Made by a program: the position numbers and the translations under genes. Below the pieces are notes generated by a model. It did not search any database and was not told where the DNA came from. It saw only the letters and a list, made by a program, of their open reading frames with translations. A stretch of DNA of 26,508 nt, taken from Eledone cirrhosa (lineage: Eukaryota). Location: the NCBI GenBank assembly GCA_964016885.1, contig CAXHJY010001049.1, positions 1 through 26,508 of the forward strand, read 5' to 3'. Shown here one piece after another: positions 10,739 to 26,508 of this stretch. How positions within the stretch are numbered: position 1 is the stretch's first letter; each line of letters opens with the position of its first letter.

Positions 10739-10818
10739 CCATTTCTATATTAAATATTTATACTCTGCTATGTATTGAGTACCATACTTACTGTGGTTAC
10801 CCCGATAACCATATATAT

Positions 10819-10821
<3 letters not shown>

Positions 10822-10849
<28 letters not shown>
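10822..10849. repeat. (AG)n microsatellite
   Basis: Direct reading. Confidence 0.95.
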
Positions 10850-11052
10850 TGTTAAACAGAAATAAAAAAAATAAAAAAACGACAGAGTACATTAATGGAA
10901 TCAGAGGATATATGGCCGTGCTGGTGGTAGATCATCTACGCCTGCTATTATATATACACTCTGCATGTCACCATGCATCGAATACTTTGATTAGTGGTCT
11001 TCCTGGTTCCAGTAGCGCCGACTGTATATATATATATAAAGAGAGAGAAACA

Positions 11053-11171
11053 GTATGTATGTATGTATGTATGTATGTATGTATGTATGTATGTATGTAT
11101 GTATGTATGTATGTATGTATGTATGTATGTATGTATGTATGTATGTATGTATGTAGAGAGAGAGAGAGAGA
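11053..11171. repeat. Perfect (GTAT)n of about 25 copies followed by (AG)n
   Basis: Direct reading. Confidence 0.95.
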
Positions 11172-11181
11172 ATGTGTATAT

Positions 11182-11520
11182 GATGGTGGCTGCCCCCTCG
11201 TTATCGAGTATGGCCATTACACGATATACCATTATTAATAATTATTAATTAATTCCATCGTGCGTGAAGATATTTTTTAAAGTGAGGAAAGACTGTGCAC
11301 GGAGCCAATCCCACTCTCTGAGCGACATAGCTATAACCGGAAAAGAAAAGATCAACATCATCGGTAACTACTGAGCTGCAGGTTTTATACCGGAGTTATC
11401 CCAGTTTGCTGAGTTGACTGCTCCTAGGAAAATGCCCTGAAAAAGGCTAAGGGTCCTTCACTCCCAGTGGTATAACCGCGCGATCGGGTGTCCAGCCCGA
11501 CTATTTCTATGTCCCCGCGC
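11182..11520 (-). mobile_element. Second, shorter RTE-related non-autonomous element
   Basis: 11188-11217 GGCTGCCCCCTCGTTATCGAGTATGGCCAT resembles the 3' end of the first element (GGTTGTCCGTCGTAAACGATGATGACAT, 9403-9430). 11260-11320 GTGCGTGAA...TTTAAAGTG...GTGCAC...TCCCACTCTCT resembles 9547-9601 GTGCGGGAA...TTTATAGTG...GTGCAC...TCCCACTCACT. Confidence 0.5.
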
Positions 11521-11569
11521 ATATACATACACATACACCCATGTATATACACATATACATACATATGCA

Positions 11570-11771
11570 CATGTGTATATACATATTTACACACTTTTCG
11601 ACGGCCGTTGACAATTATGAGTTCTTTCGCCCTGTGTCAGGTTTTGTTTTTTGTCCTGCTGGGTGTCCTAAATCAGCCCAAGTAAACTTGTAGGGTTGCC
11701 GGTTTAGTCGCCGACGACCCGACAGGTTGTACTGGGTTACAAGTTACCTGTAGCACTCAAGGGTGACCCGA
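11570..11771. repeat. Dispersed ~200 bp repeat, copy 2
   Basis: Aligns by eye to 10071-10288. Confidence 0.9.
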
Positions 11772-11960
11772 CATATATATACATAAGTGAAGAGAGGTTC
11801 TTTTATAGGTTTGTGTGTAGGATTTAGATAGTATTTGAAGAGTCAAAAATAATATTTATTGTTAACAATGAATGTTTGATTTGTATTTTCGCTGATACCA
11901 CTGGCTTCTCACTACTGTACATAAGTGTATGAGGGGGGATTTCTATATCTGAATATGAGT

Positions 11961-18512
<6,552 letters not shown>

Positions 18513-18528
<16 letters not shown>

Positions 18529-18682
18529 AGGCGGGTAAAACTCCCAAGATCCATGGACGAGTTCTCTCCAGCGGTCTCTGTCCCTCATTATCGCTGCCAT
18601 ATCCTGCATCTCCAACAGACCAGTGTCTGTCCTACATGGACACACTAGAAGGGGAAGACCAAGGTTAACATATGTTGATACA
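18513..18682 (-). mobile_element. 5'-truncated, 5'-inverted RTE-clade LINE 3' fragment
   Basis: Minus strand 18633-18526 encodes [35 protein letters not shown] running into a (TAGA)4 tail. Plus strand 18632-18682 encodes [17 protein letters not shown], the motif that normally precedes DTG...M.DR..WR in RTE ORF C-termini. Confidence 0.75.
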
Positions 18683-18749
18683 TATACATATATACATACA
18701 TACATATATATATATATACATACATATATATATATATATACATACATAC

Positions 18750-18787
<38 letters not shown>

Positions 18788-18937
18788 ATACATACATATA
18801 TATACATATATATATATATACATACATATATATGTATGTATATATATATATATGTATGTATATATATATATATGTATATATATGTATGTATATATATATA
18901 TATATATATACATACATATATATATATATATACATAC

Positions 18938-18968
<31 letters not shown>

Positions 18969-18998
18969 CATACATATATATATATATACATACATATA

Positions 18999-19039
<41 letters not shown>

Positions 19040-19070
19040 ATACATACATATATATATATATACATACATA
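18681..19070. repeat. (TA)n/(TACA)n microsatellite, left flank of the LINE
   Basis: Direct reading. Confidence 0.95.
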
Positions 19071-19150
19071 CGTGTTTTTACTTCTCTCCCCGAGTAAGCA
19101 GCAAGTCACACAGCCACAAAACAAAACCACAAGACAAAACCAAACAAACA

Positions 19151-19251
19151 AAAATTGACCGGTTAATACATTTTCATACATCTATATTATTATATATTTG
19201 AAAATTGACCGGTTAATACATTTTTCATACATCTATATTATTATATATTTG
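19151..19251 (+). repeat. 50/51-bp tandem duplication in the LINE 5' region
   Basis: AAAATTGACCGGTTAATACATTTT(T)CATACATCTATATTATTATATATTTG at 19151 and 19201. Confidence 0.95.
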
Positions 19252-19265
19252 AAACCACGTGTTTT

Positions 19266-19743
19266 CGAACTTGTGAGTACATTTTCCTTTAACTACAAAT
19301 TATTATTATATACTTTCGTCTTTTCATTAACTTAATTAATTTCAAATAACCAGAATATACATATATATATATATACTCATATTTATATATATACGCTTCT
19401 CACTCACACACAAGAAAAACAAAAAACAAAAATAAATCAAAAATAAATTTAAAAAAAATATATATATATTGAAATACTTAACTAAAACACACACACACGA
19501 ACTTGTGAGAACATTTTCCTTTAACTACAAATTATTATTATATACTTTCGTCTTTTCATTAACTTAATTAATTTCAAATAACCAGAATATACATATATAT
19601 ATATATATATACTCATATTTATATATATACGCTTCTCACTCACACACAAGAAAAACAAAAAACAAAAATAAATCAAAAATAAATTTAAAAAAAAAATAAA
19701 ATATATATATATATTGAAATACTTAACTAAAACACACACACAC
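19266..19743 (+). repeat. ~232-bp tandem duplication in the LINE 5'UTR (19266-19497 / 19498-19743)
   Basis: Both copies begin CGAACTTGTGAG.ACATTTTCCTTTAACTAC and end GAAATACTTAACTAAAACACACAC; they differ mainly in simple-repeat lengths. Confidence 0.95.
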
Positions 19744-19754
19744 TCAAAACTAGA

Positions 19755-20942
19755 ATGGCTAACCAGCAAAAATCCAAACAGAACTGGTCTGATAATGAAA
19801 TCGACATTCTAATAAACACATGGCATTGCCTTTCCCAAACAGAAAATATAGATGCTTCATCTCTGAACGACATTGCTAAACGTACAGTTCAATTTTTGAA
19901 AACTCGATCTGAACAACAGATTCAAAATAAATTAAAGCAAATCGAAATTGCTTTTAAATTAATCAATAAACATTTGGATAAACTACGGTGTGTTTTCTCT
20001 TTGAATGCTGTCCAGCAGCAGCAACAACAACAACAGCAGCTACAACAGCAACAACAACAACAGCAGCTACAACAGCAACAACAACAACAACAACAACAGC
20101 TACAACAACAACAACAGCAACAACAACAACAACAACGACAACAACAGTGTGAACCACTCCTTGATTCATCAACAATGGCCGATCTACTAAATGAAACTAT
20201 TGACCCCCCAGTAGCCTCTGTCTCACAGCATGAAACGCCACATCCTTTCTCTGGCCCAGCAGTCCAATCATCATCACCACTGCCAACATCTCTGCCTACT
20301 ACTACTACTACTACTACAACATTTTTGTCTACTGCTATGTCAAGGAATTTACCTTCTAATACCAGAACAAGAACTCTCCCTCCCACAGTCCACAAAGGTC
20401 ATCAAATCCTACCCAAACCATCATCTACACCTCTCACAACACCCACACCCACATGCCCACCCACTCGAAACCCCATCATTTGCCGCTACTCTCTACGCTA
20501 TAGAATATGTACGGATAGTGGCTGCAAATTCACCCATTTACCTAGGACAAAACGATCTATCCCCACAAACAGCCACCACCATAATACATACTCTAATTTA
20601 ACACCAACACAACCACCAATAACTCAAACAAGGAATCCACAAATCTGCCGTTTTTCCCTGCGAGACAGATTGTGTTTAGACCGGGATTGTCCCTTTACCC
20701 ATCTCCCGGGGACCCGTCGGATAAATGAAAATAAAATTAAAAATAAAAGCAAAAACAAAAACCATAACCTACATAAAAATAACCACTACCACAGTCACCA
20801 ACAGTCTTCTAAACAGGAAACTTCTTCCTCTTTTTTAGCCATAATGAATCTGGCAAAAGAACTGGAAAAAAACATTCGAGCTATCACCCAGCACCACCCT
20901 CCACTATCACCCCACTGCACAAACTCCCATTGCTGCCATTAA
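19755..20942 (+). CDS. LINE ORF1 protein, 395 aa: N-terminal Myb/SANT(trihelix)-like domain, polyQ tract, Pro/Thr/Ser-rich linker, two CCCH zinc fingers
   Basis: ATG start; WSDNEIDILINTW...IAK...RSEQQIQNKLKQI; C-x8-C-x4-C-x3-H at 20481-20537 and 20646-20702; lies immediately upstream of the RT ORF. Confidence 0.85.
   Translation: MANQQKSKQNWSDNEIDILINTWHCLSQTENIDASSLNDIAKRTVQFLKTRSEQQIQNKLKQIEIAFKLINKHLDKLRCVFSLNAVQQQQQQQQQLQQQQQQQQLQQQQQQQQQQLQQQQQQQQQQQRQQQCEPLLDSSTMADLLNETIDPPVASVSQHETPHPFSGPAVQSSSPLPTSLPTTTTTTTTFLSTAMSRNLPSNTRTRTLPPTVHKGHQILPKPSSTPLTTPTPTCPPTRNPIICRYSLRYRICTDSGCKFTHLPRTKRSIPTNSHHHNTYSNLTPTQPPITQTRNPQICRFSLRDRLCLDRDCPFTHLPGTRRINENKIKNKSKNKNHNLHKNNHYHSHQQSSKQETSSSFLAIMNLAKELEKNIRAITQHHPPLSPHCTNSHCCH
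20013..20147 (+). repeat. In-frame CAA/CAG repeat (about 41 Gln in 45 codons)
   Basis: CAA/CAG run broken by three CTA (Leu) and one CGA (Arg). Confidence 0.95.
20831..20837 (+). promoter_or_regulatory. Candidate -1 ribosomal frameshift slippery heptamer T_TTT_TTA
   Basis: In phase with ORF1 codons (TCT TTT TTA); the -1 frame is open from the TAA at 20810-12 straight into ORF2. Confidence 0.65.
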
Positions 20943-23900
20943 CAAACAAACAAATTAACAACACACCAAAACAATTAAAACCATCCACTCTCGCCTCTAC
21001 ATTTTTGCTTAACGCCCAAGGCATCAGCCCTTCCACCAATACTCAAAAATGGAAGATCAAATTCCTGGAGGACTGGATTGATGTCCATCCAAACCACATC
21101 CCTTTCTTCGTCCTCACTGAAACCCATCTCAGTAACCTCCACTTGGAAGCCGAGGTGAAAGTGAAAAATTTCAAAGCCATCCGTGCTGATCGCGCTGGCA
21201 GAAGAAAGGGCGGAACTGCCATTTATGTCCATAATTCTTTCTCAACAGAGGCTATGAACATATTCACTAATGGATACTGTGAGGCAGTCACTGTATTCAG
21301 TCAAACCAACAACCTATTAGTAGTTGGGCTCTATAGGCCACCCCAAACGCCTGTACCATGCTTCAAGGAATGCCTCAACAGCATAAAGTGTTTCATCCAA
21401 GAGTGTCACCCTGACAACATCTTAATGATGGGGGACTTCAACCTCCCCGGAGTTGACTGGTCCACAAACACCCTGCCACCAGGTTCTTCTGCCTCAACCT
21501 CTGACAGGGAAGCTGTGGAATCGCTTCTTGACTTCATGGATGATTTCTTCCTATCCCAACTAGTGCTCGAACCAACGAGGTGCCACAAAAACGTCCTAGA
21601 CTTAATTTTCAGCAATCACACTGACAATATCCACAATATTGCAGTGGAGAAAACTCTACTCTCTGATCATGACATGGTTCTCTGTGATCTGAGATTCCAC
21701 CGTCCAATATACAAACCCAATGTCATTTCTCCTGTCCATCCGTTTGACGCTATGGATTTCCACAATGCAAACTGGGAAGCGATCAGTCATGATCTTGCAC
21801 ATGTCGACTGGTCCTTCACGCACACTCATACACCCACTAACATCAAAAAGTCCTGGCAGACTTTTGTGGACACTGTTACAAACATATGTGCTAAACACAC
21901 CCCATTAAGAACTATAAACAAATCTAAGAGCAGAATCCCTAGAAATAGAAAAACACTCATCAGAAAAATTAAGAGAACGAACAAAAAAATCAACAAGCTG
22001 AAATACTGTCAGCAGCAACACATCAACTTGACTGCCATTTCATCACTAGAGATTAAAAAACATAACCTCCAAAACAACATAATGTCCCTCATCAACAATC
22101 AGAGAAGAGCTGAAGAGGCCTGGGCCATTGAGAAGATCAAACTCAATCCCAAAGTGTTCTTTTCATTTGCAAAAAAACACAAAATCACTGGCTCTACTGT
22201 TGGCCCTCTAATTGATGAAAATGGCACTCTTCAAGACAATGCTAAAACCATGGGTGAGATACTGCAGAAACAATACTGCTCTGTTTTCAGCAATCCTGAT
22301 ATGGCCGATCTGGGCTGTATCGGCGATGTTACTCCCCATTACACCTTATCGGACATAACGTTTGGCGCCCCTGATGTCTTGGCGGCAATAAAGGAAATCA
22401 AACATAATTCAGCAGTAGGTCCCGATAGGTTCCCTGCTTGTGTCTTGAAGGCGTGTCAACACCAACTTGCTTCTCCTCTTGCCAATCTGTGGCGGAACTC
22501 ACTGGATGCTGGATATGTGCCAGAAAACCTTCTATCCCAGTCTGTTGTCCCAGTTTTCAAAAAGGGAAACAAATCCCTTGCCGTGAATTACCGTCCAATC
22601 TCACTCACCTCTCATATCATTAAGGTATTTGAGCGAGTGGTGAGATCGCGAATGACCCACTTCCTTGAGAGTAACAATATGCTGAACTCCAACCAGCATG
22701 GATTCCGTAATGGAAGGGATTGCCTGACGCAACTACTGCATCACTTTGATGACATTTTGAGAGCCTTGGGAGAGGGTTCCAACACTGATGTTATCTACCT
22801 TGATTTCAGCAAGGCCTTTGACAGGGTTGATCATAACATTCTACTGAGAAAGCTGTCCAATATTGGTGTCACTGGAAAGCTGCTGCAGTGGATCAAGAGC
22901 TTCCTGTCAAACAGAACCCAACATGTTGTAGTTGAGGGAGTCAAATCAAGCCCAGCCAAAGTCAGTAGTGGAGTCCCACAAGGCACTGTGTTGGGCCCAC
23001 TTCTCTTCATCATCTATATTAATGACATCACTGACATCATCAAACACAGCAACATTAAAATTTTCGCTGATGATTCCAAGCTCCAAAAGGTCATCAATGG
23101 CGTGGATGACCGGATAAGCCTTCAGTCAGACCTACTGGCTGTTACCCAATGGGCAGAAAAGAACAACATGTTACTGAACGAAGACAAATTCGAACTGATC
23201 CACTTTGGAAAAGAGGATGCTCTGAAACTCCCGTACTCCCTTCCCTCCGGGGAAACTCTCGTGGCATCTAACAACATCAGAGACTTGGGAGTAACCGTGG
23301 ACAGCAACATAAGCTGGACCACGCATATAAGCAGCAAAGTTGACATGGCCCGCAGAATGTGTTCCTGGATCCTCAGAACCTTCCAGTCGAGAGATTCCCG
23401 CACCATTATCCTTCTCTTCTCTACTTTCGCCCGACCACACCTTGAATACTGTTGTCCACTGTGGTCTCCCCACACGAAACAAAGTATCATGAAACTTGAA
23501 GCTCCTCAAAGGGCAATCACGAAAAAGATAGATGGCATGTCAGACCTTGACTACTGGGGTCGATTGGAAAACCTGAAACTTTACTCACTCCAACGTCGCC
23601 GTGAGCGTTATATTATCTGCATGATGTGGAAAATGTTCCATCATCACTGCCCAAATGATGTTGGCATCGCCTTCAAGATACACCCAAGGCTTGGGCCCCG
23701 TGCTATCCGTCCCATTCAAAAATCTAAATCGCAACTCATAACAACAATACGGCACAATTATTTCACCTCAATCGGCCCTGCTCTCTTCAACATCACACCA
23801 GGACACGTCAAAACAGAAACTGACCACACAAGATTCAAGAAGTCTTTGGACAAATTCCTCCAAGTAATCCCGGACAAACCACCCACACCCGGATATGTCT

Positions 23901-23950
23901 CCGCAAACAGTAATTCTCTTCTCGAATGGGCCATGGTGCCCAAATCCTGA
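20930..23950 (+). CDS. LINE ORF2: APE-type endonuclease + reverse transcriptase, CR1 group (frame open from 20813; the TTG start is a track artefact)
   Basis: EN motifs [46 protein letters not shown] motifs [44 protein letters not shown]-terminal [13 protein letters not shown] and [10 protein letters not shown]. No stops or frameshifts. Confidence 0.97.
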   Translation: MLPLTNKQINNTPKQLKPSTLASTFLLNAQGISPSTNTQKWKIKFLEDWIDVHPNHIPFFVLTETHLSNLHLEAEVKVKNFKAIRADRAGRRKGGTAIYVHNSFSTEAMNIFTNGYCEAVTVFSQTNNLLVVGLYRPPQTPVPCFKECLNSIKCFIQECHPDNILMMGDFNLPGVDWSTNTLPPGSSASTSDREAVESLLDFMDDFFLSQLVLEPTRCHKNVLDLIFSNHTDNIHNIAVEKTLLSDHDMVLCDLRFHRPIYKPNVISPVHPFDAMDFHNANWEAISHDLAHVDWSFTHTHTPTNIKKSWQTFVDTVTNICAKHTPLRTINKSKSRIPRNRKTLIRKIKRTNKKINKLKYCQQQHINLTAISSLEIKKHNLQNNIMSLINNQRRAEEAWAIEKIKLNPKVFFSFAKKHKITGSTVGPLIDENGTLQDNAKTMGEILQKQYCSVFSNPDMADLGCIGDVTPHYTLSDITFGAPDVLAAIKEIKHNSAVGPDRFPACVLKACQHQLASPLANLWRNSLDAGYVPENLLSQSVVPVFKKGNKSLAVNYRPISLTSHIIKVFERVVRSRMTHFLESNNMLNSNQHGFRNGRDCLTQLLHHFDDILRALGEGSNTDVIYLDFSKAFDRVDHNILLRKLSNIGVTGKLLQWIKSFLSNRTQHVVVEGVKSSPAKVSSGVPQGTVLGPLLFIIYINDITDIIKHSNIKIFADDSKLQKVINGVDDRISLQSDLLAVTQWAEKNNMLLNEDKFELIHFGKEDALKLPYSLPSGETLVASNNIRDLGVTVDSNISWTTHISSKVDMARRMCSWILRTFQSRDSRTIILLFSTFARPHLEYCCPLWSPHTKQSIMKLEAPQRAITKKIDGMSDLDYWGRLENLKLYSLQRRRERYIICMMWKMFHHHCPNDVGIAFKIHPRLGPRAIRPIQKSKSQLITTIRHNYFTSIGPALFNITPGHVKTETDHTRFKKSLDKFLQVIPDKPPTPGYVSANSNSLLEWAMVPKS

Positions 23951-23996
23951 ATTGAAAGACTTCGCCAGGTGGTGCTATTAAGTTAGACATGGCCTG

Positions 23997-24035
23997 GGCC
24001 AATACTGGCCAAAACATTTCAAAGTTATTCAAAGT

Positions 24036-24037
<2 letters not shown>
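23997..24037 (+). other. LINE 3' terminal stem-loop and tandem tail
   Basis: GGCCA-ATAC-TGGCC hairpin (23997-24010), then TTCAAAGTTA x2 (24018-24037); a stem-loop plus short-repeat tail is characteristic of CR1/L2-group 3' ends. Confidence 0.7.
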
Positions 24038-24087
<50 letters not shown>

Positions 24088-24095
24088 CATACATA

Positions 24096-24136
<41 letters not shown>

Positions 24137-24474
24137 ATACATACATATATATATATATACATACATATATATATATATACATACATATATATATACATAC
24201 ATACATATATATATATATACATACATATATATATACATACATACATATACATATATATATATATATACATACATATACATACATACATATACATATATAT
24301 ATATACATATATATATACATACATACATATACATATACATATATACATATATATATACATACATACACATATATATATATACACATACATATATATATAT
24401 ATACACATACATATATATATATATACACATACATATATATATATATATATACACATACATATATATATATATAT

Positions 24475-24505
<31 letters not shown>

Positions 24506-25226
24506 CACACATACATATATATATATATATATACACACATACATATATATATATATATATACACACATACATATATATATATATATATACACACATACAT
24601 ATATATATATATATATACACATACATACATATATATATATATACACATACATATATATATATATACACATACATATATATATATATACACATACATATAT
24701 ATATATATACACATACATATATATATATATACACATACATATATATATATATACACATACATATATATATATATACACATACATATATATATATATACAC
24801 ATACATATATATATATATACACATACATATATATATATATACACATACATATATATATATATACACATACATATATATATACACATACATATATATATAT
24901 ATACACATACATATATATACACATACATATACATATACATACATATATACACATACATATATATATATATACACATACATATATATATATATACACATAC
25001 ATATATATATATATACACATACATATATATATATATACACATACATATATATATATATACACATACATATATATATATATACACATACATATATATATAT
25101 ATATACATACATATATATATATATACATACATATATATATACATACATATATATATATACATACATATATATATATATACATACATATATATATATATAT
25201 ACATACAATATATATACATACATATA

Positions 25227-25258
<32 letters not shown>

Positions 25259-25371
25259 CATATATATATACATACATATATATATATATACATACATACA
25301 TATATATATACATACATACATATATATACATACATACATATATATATATATACATACATACATATAAATAC

Positions 25372-25410
<39 letters not shown>

Positions 25411-25487
25411 CATATATATATATATACATACATACATATATATACATACATACATATATATACATACATACATATATATATATATAC

Positions 25488-25521
<34 letters not shown>

Positions 25522-25525
25522 ATAC

Positions 25526-25559
<34 letters not shown>

Positions 25560-25605
25560 ATATACATACATACATATATATATACATACATACATATATA
25601 TATAC

Positions 25606-25639
<34 letters not shown>

Positions 25640-25645
25640 ATATAC

Positions 25646-25679
<34 letters not shown>

Positions 25680-25685
25680 ATATAC

Positions 25686-25747
<62 letters not shown>

Positions 25748-26497
25748 ATACATACATACATATATATATACATACATATATATATATACATACATATATA
25801 TATATATACATACATATATATATATATACATACATATATATATATACATACATATATATATATATACACACATATATATATATACACACACATATATATA
25901 TATATACACACATATATATATATATACACACATATATATATATATACACACATATATATATATACACACATATATATATATATACACACATATATATATA
26001 TATACACACATATATATATATATACTCACATATATATATATATATACTCACATATATATATATATATACTCACATATATATATATATATATACTCACATA
26101 TATATATATATATATACTCACATATATATATATATATACACACATATATATATATACATACATATATATATATATACATACATACATATATACATACATA
26201 TATATATACATACATATATATATATATATACATACATACATATATACATACATATATATATACATACATATATATATATATATACATACATACATATATA
26301 TATATATATACATACATATATATATATATACACACACATATATATATATACACACATATATATATATACACACATATATATATATACACACATATATATA
26401 TATACACATATATATCTATATATATACACACATATATATATATATATACATACATATATATTTATATATATACACACACATATATATATATACACAC
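24038..26497. repeat. ~2.5 kb compound (TA)n/(TACA)n/(CA) microsatellite, right flank of the LINE
   Basis: Direct reading; local 18-bp units ACACATACATATATATAT at ~24640-25090. Confidence 0.97.
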
Positions 26498-26508
26498 AAA
26501 CTGGAAAA

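Larger units (their letters stand above)
10501..10810. mobile_element. Penelope-like element pLTR remnant: ~166 bp monomer plus partial direct repeat, then an inverted partial copy
   Basis: TAATATAGAAATGG.TTCT.CAGGAC occurs at 10501 and 10667 (direct, period 166). 10692-10752 is the reverse complement of 10501-10561, and 10726-10810 is the reverse complement of 10609-10693. Contains a hammerhead motif. Partial-tandem plus inverted pLTRs with hammerheads are typical of Penelope-like elements. Confidence 0.7.
19071..24037 (+). mobile_element. Apparently full-length CR1-group non-LTR retrotransposon (5'UTR, ORF1, ORF2, short 3'UTR, tandem-repeat tail)
   Basis: Two uninterrupted overlapping ORFs; ORF2 is APE + RT with a CR1-type C-terminus; 3' end has (TTCAAAGTTA)2; microsatellite on both sides. 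5' boundary approximate; TSD not resolvable. Confidence 0.92.

Noticed and set aside
9034-11685. Short ORFs of 60-130 aa
   Set aside because: They overlap repeat remnants and microsatellites and contain no recognisable domains.
11890-11935. [10 protein letters not shown] on the minus strand resembling a C2H2 linker (HTGEKP)
   Set aside because: No Cys/His finger pattern around it; match too weak.
19922-23943. Antisense and alternate-frame ORFs within the LINE (including a poly-Cys ORF)
   Set aside because: Shadows of ORF1/ORF2; the poly-Cys is the reverse complement of the CAA/CAG tract.
20930-23950. Bacterial RT system (retron, group II intron, DGR)
   Set aside because: APE endonuclease fused to a non-LTR RT with a CR1-type C-terminus and 3' tail identifies a eukaryotic LINE.
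19040-24070. Target-site duplication of the LINE
   Set aside because: Both flanks are TA/TACA microsatellite, so any match is uninformative.
23835-26495. Long minus-strand ORFs
   Set aside because: Microsatellite artefacts.

Overview
Eukaryotic, repeat-dominated DNA with no recognisable host gene. The SINE fragment and huge TA/TACA microsatellites suggest a cephalopod such as Octopus (inference from recalled repeat sequences). Layout: (1) 1-8846, a G-rich 27-31 bp minisatellite of roughly 300 units running directly into the 5' head of a tRNA-type SINE remnant. (2) About 9390-11770, a patch of short retroelements: two minus-strand RTE-derived non-autonomous elements followed by the same ~200 bp segment, and a Penelope-like tandem/inverted repeat carrying a type I hammerhead ribozyme. 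(3) About 6.5 kb of TA/TACA microsatellite. (4) A short RTE 3' fragment with a 5' inversion. (5) An apparently full-length, intact CR1-group LINE (~19071-24037) inserted in microsatellite. Its ORF1 has an unusual Myb/SANT-like + polyQ + 2xCCCH architecture. Its ORF2 (APE endonuclease + RT) has no ATG before the endonuclease and is reachable by a correctly phased T_TTT_TTA -1 slippery site. (6) More microsatellite to the end. Almost all other ORFs in the track are low-complexity artefacts.
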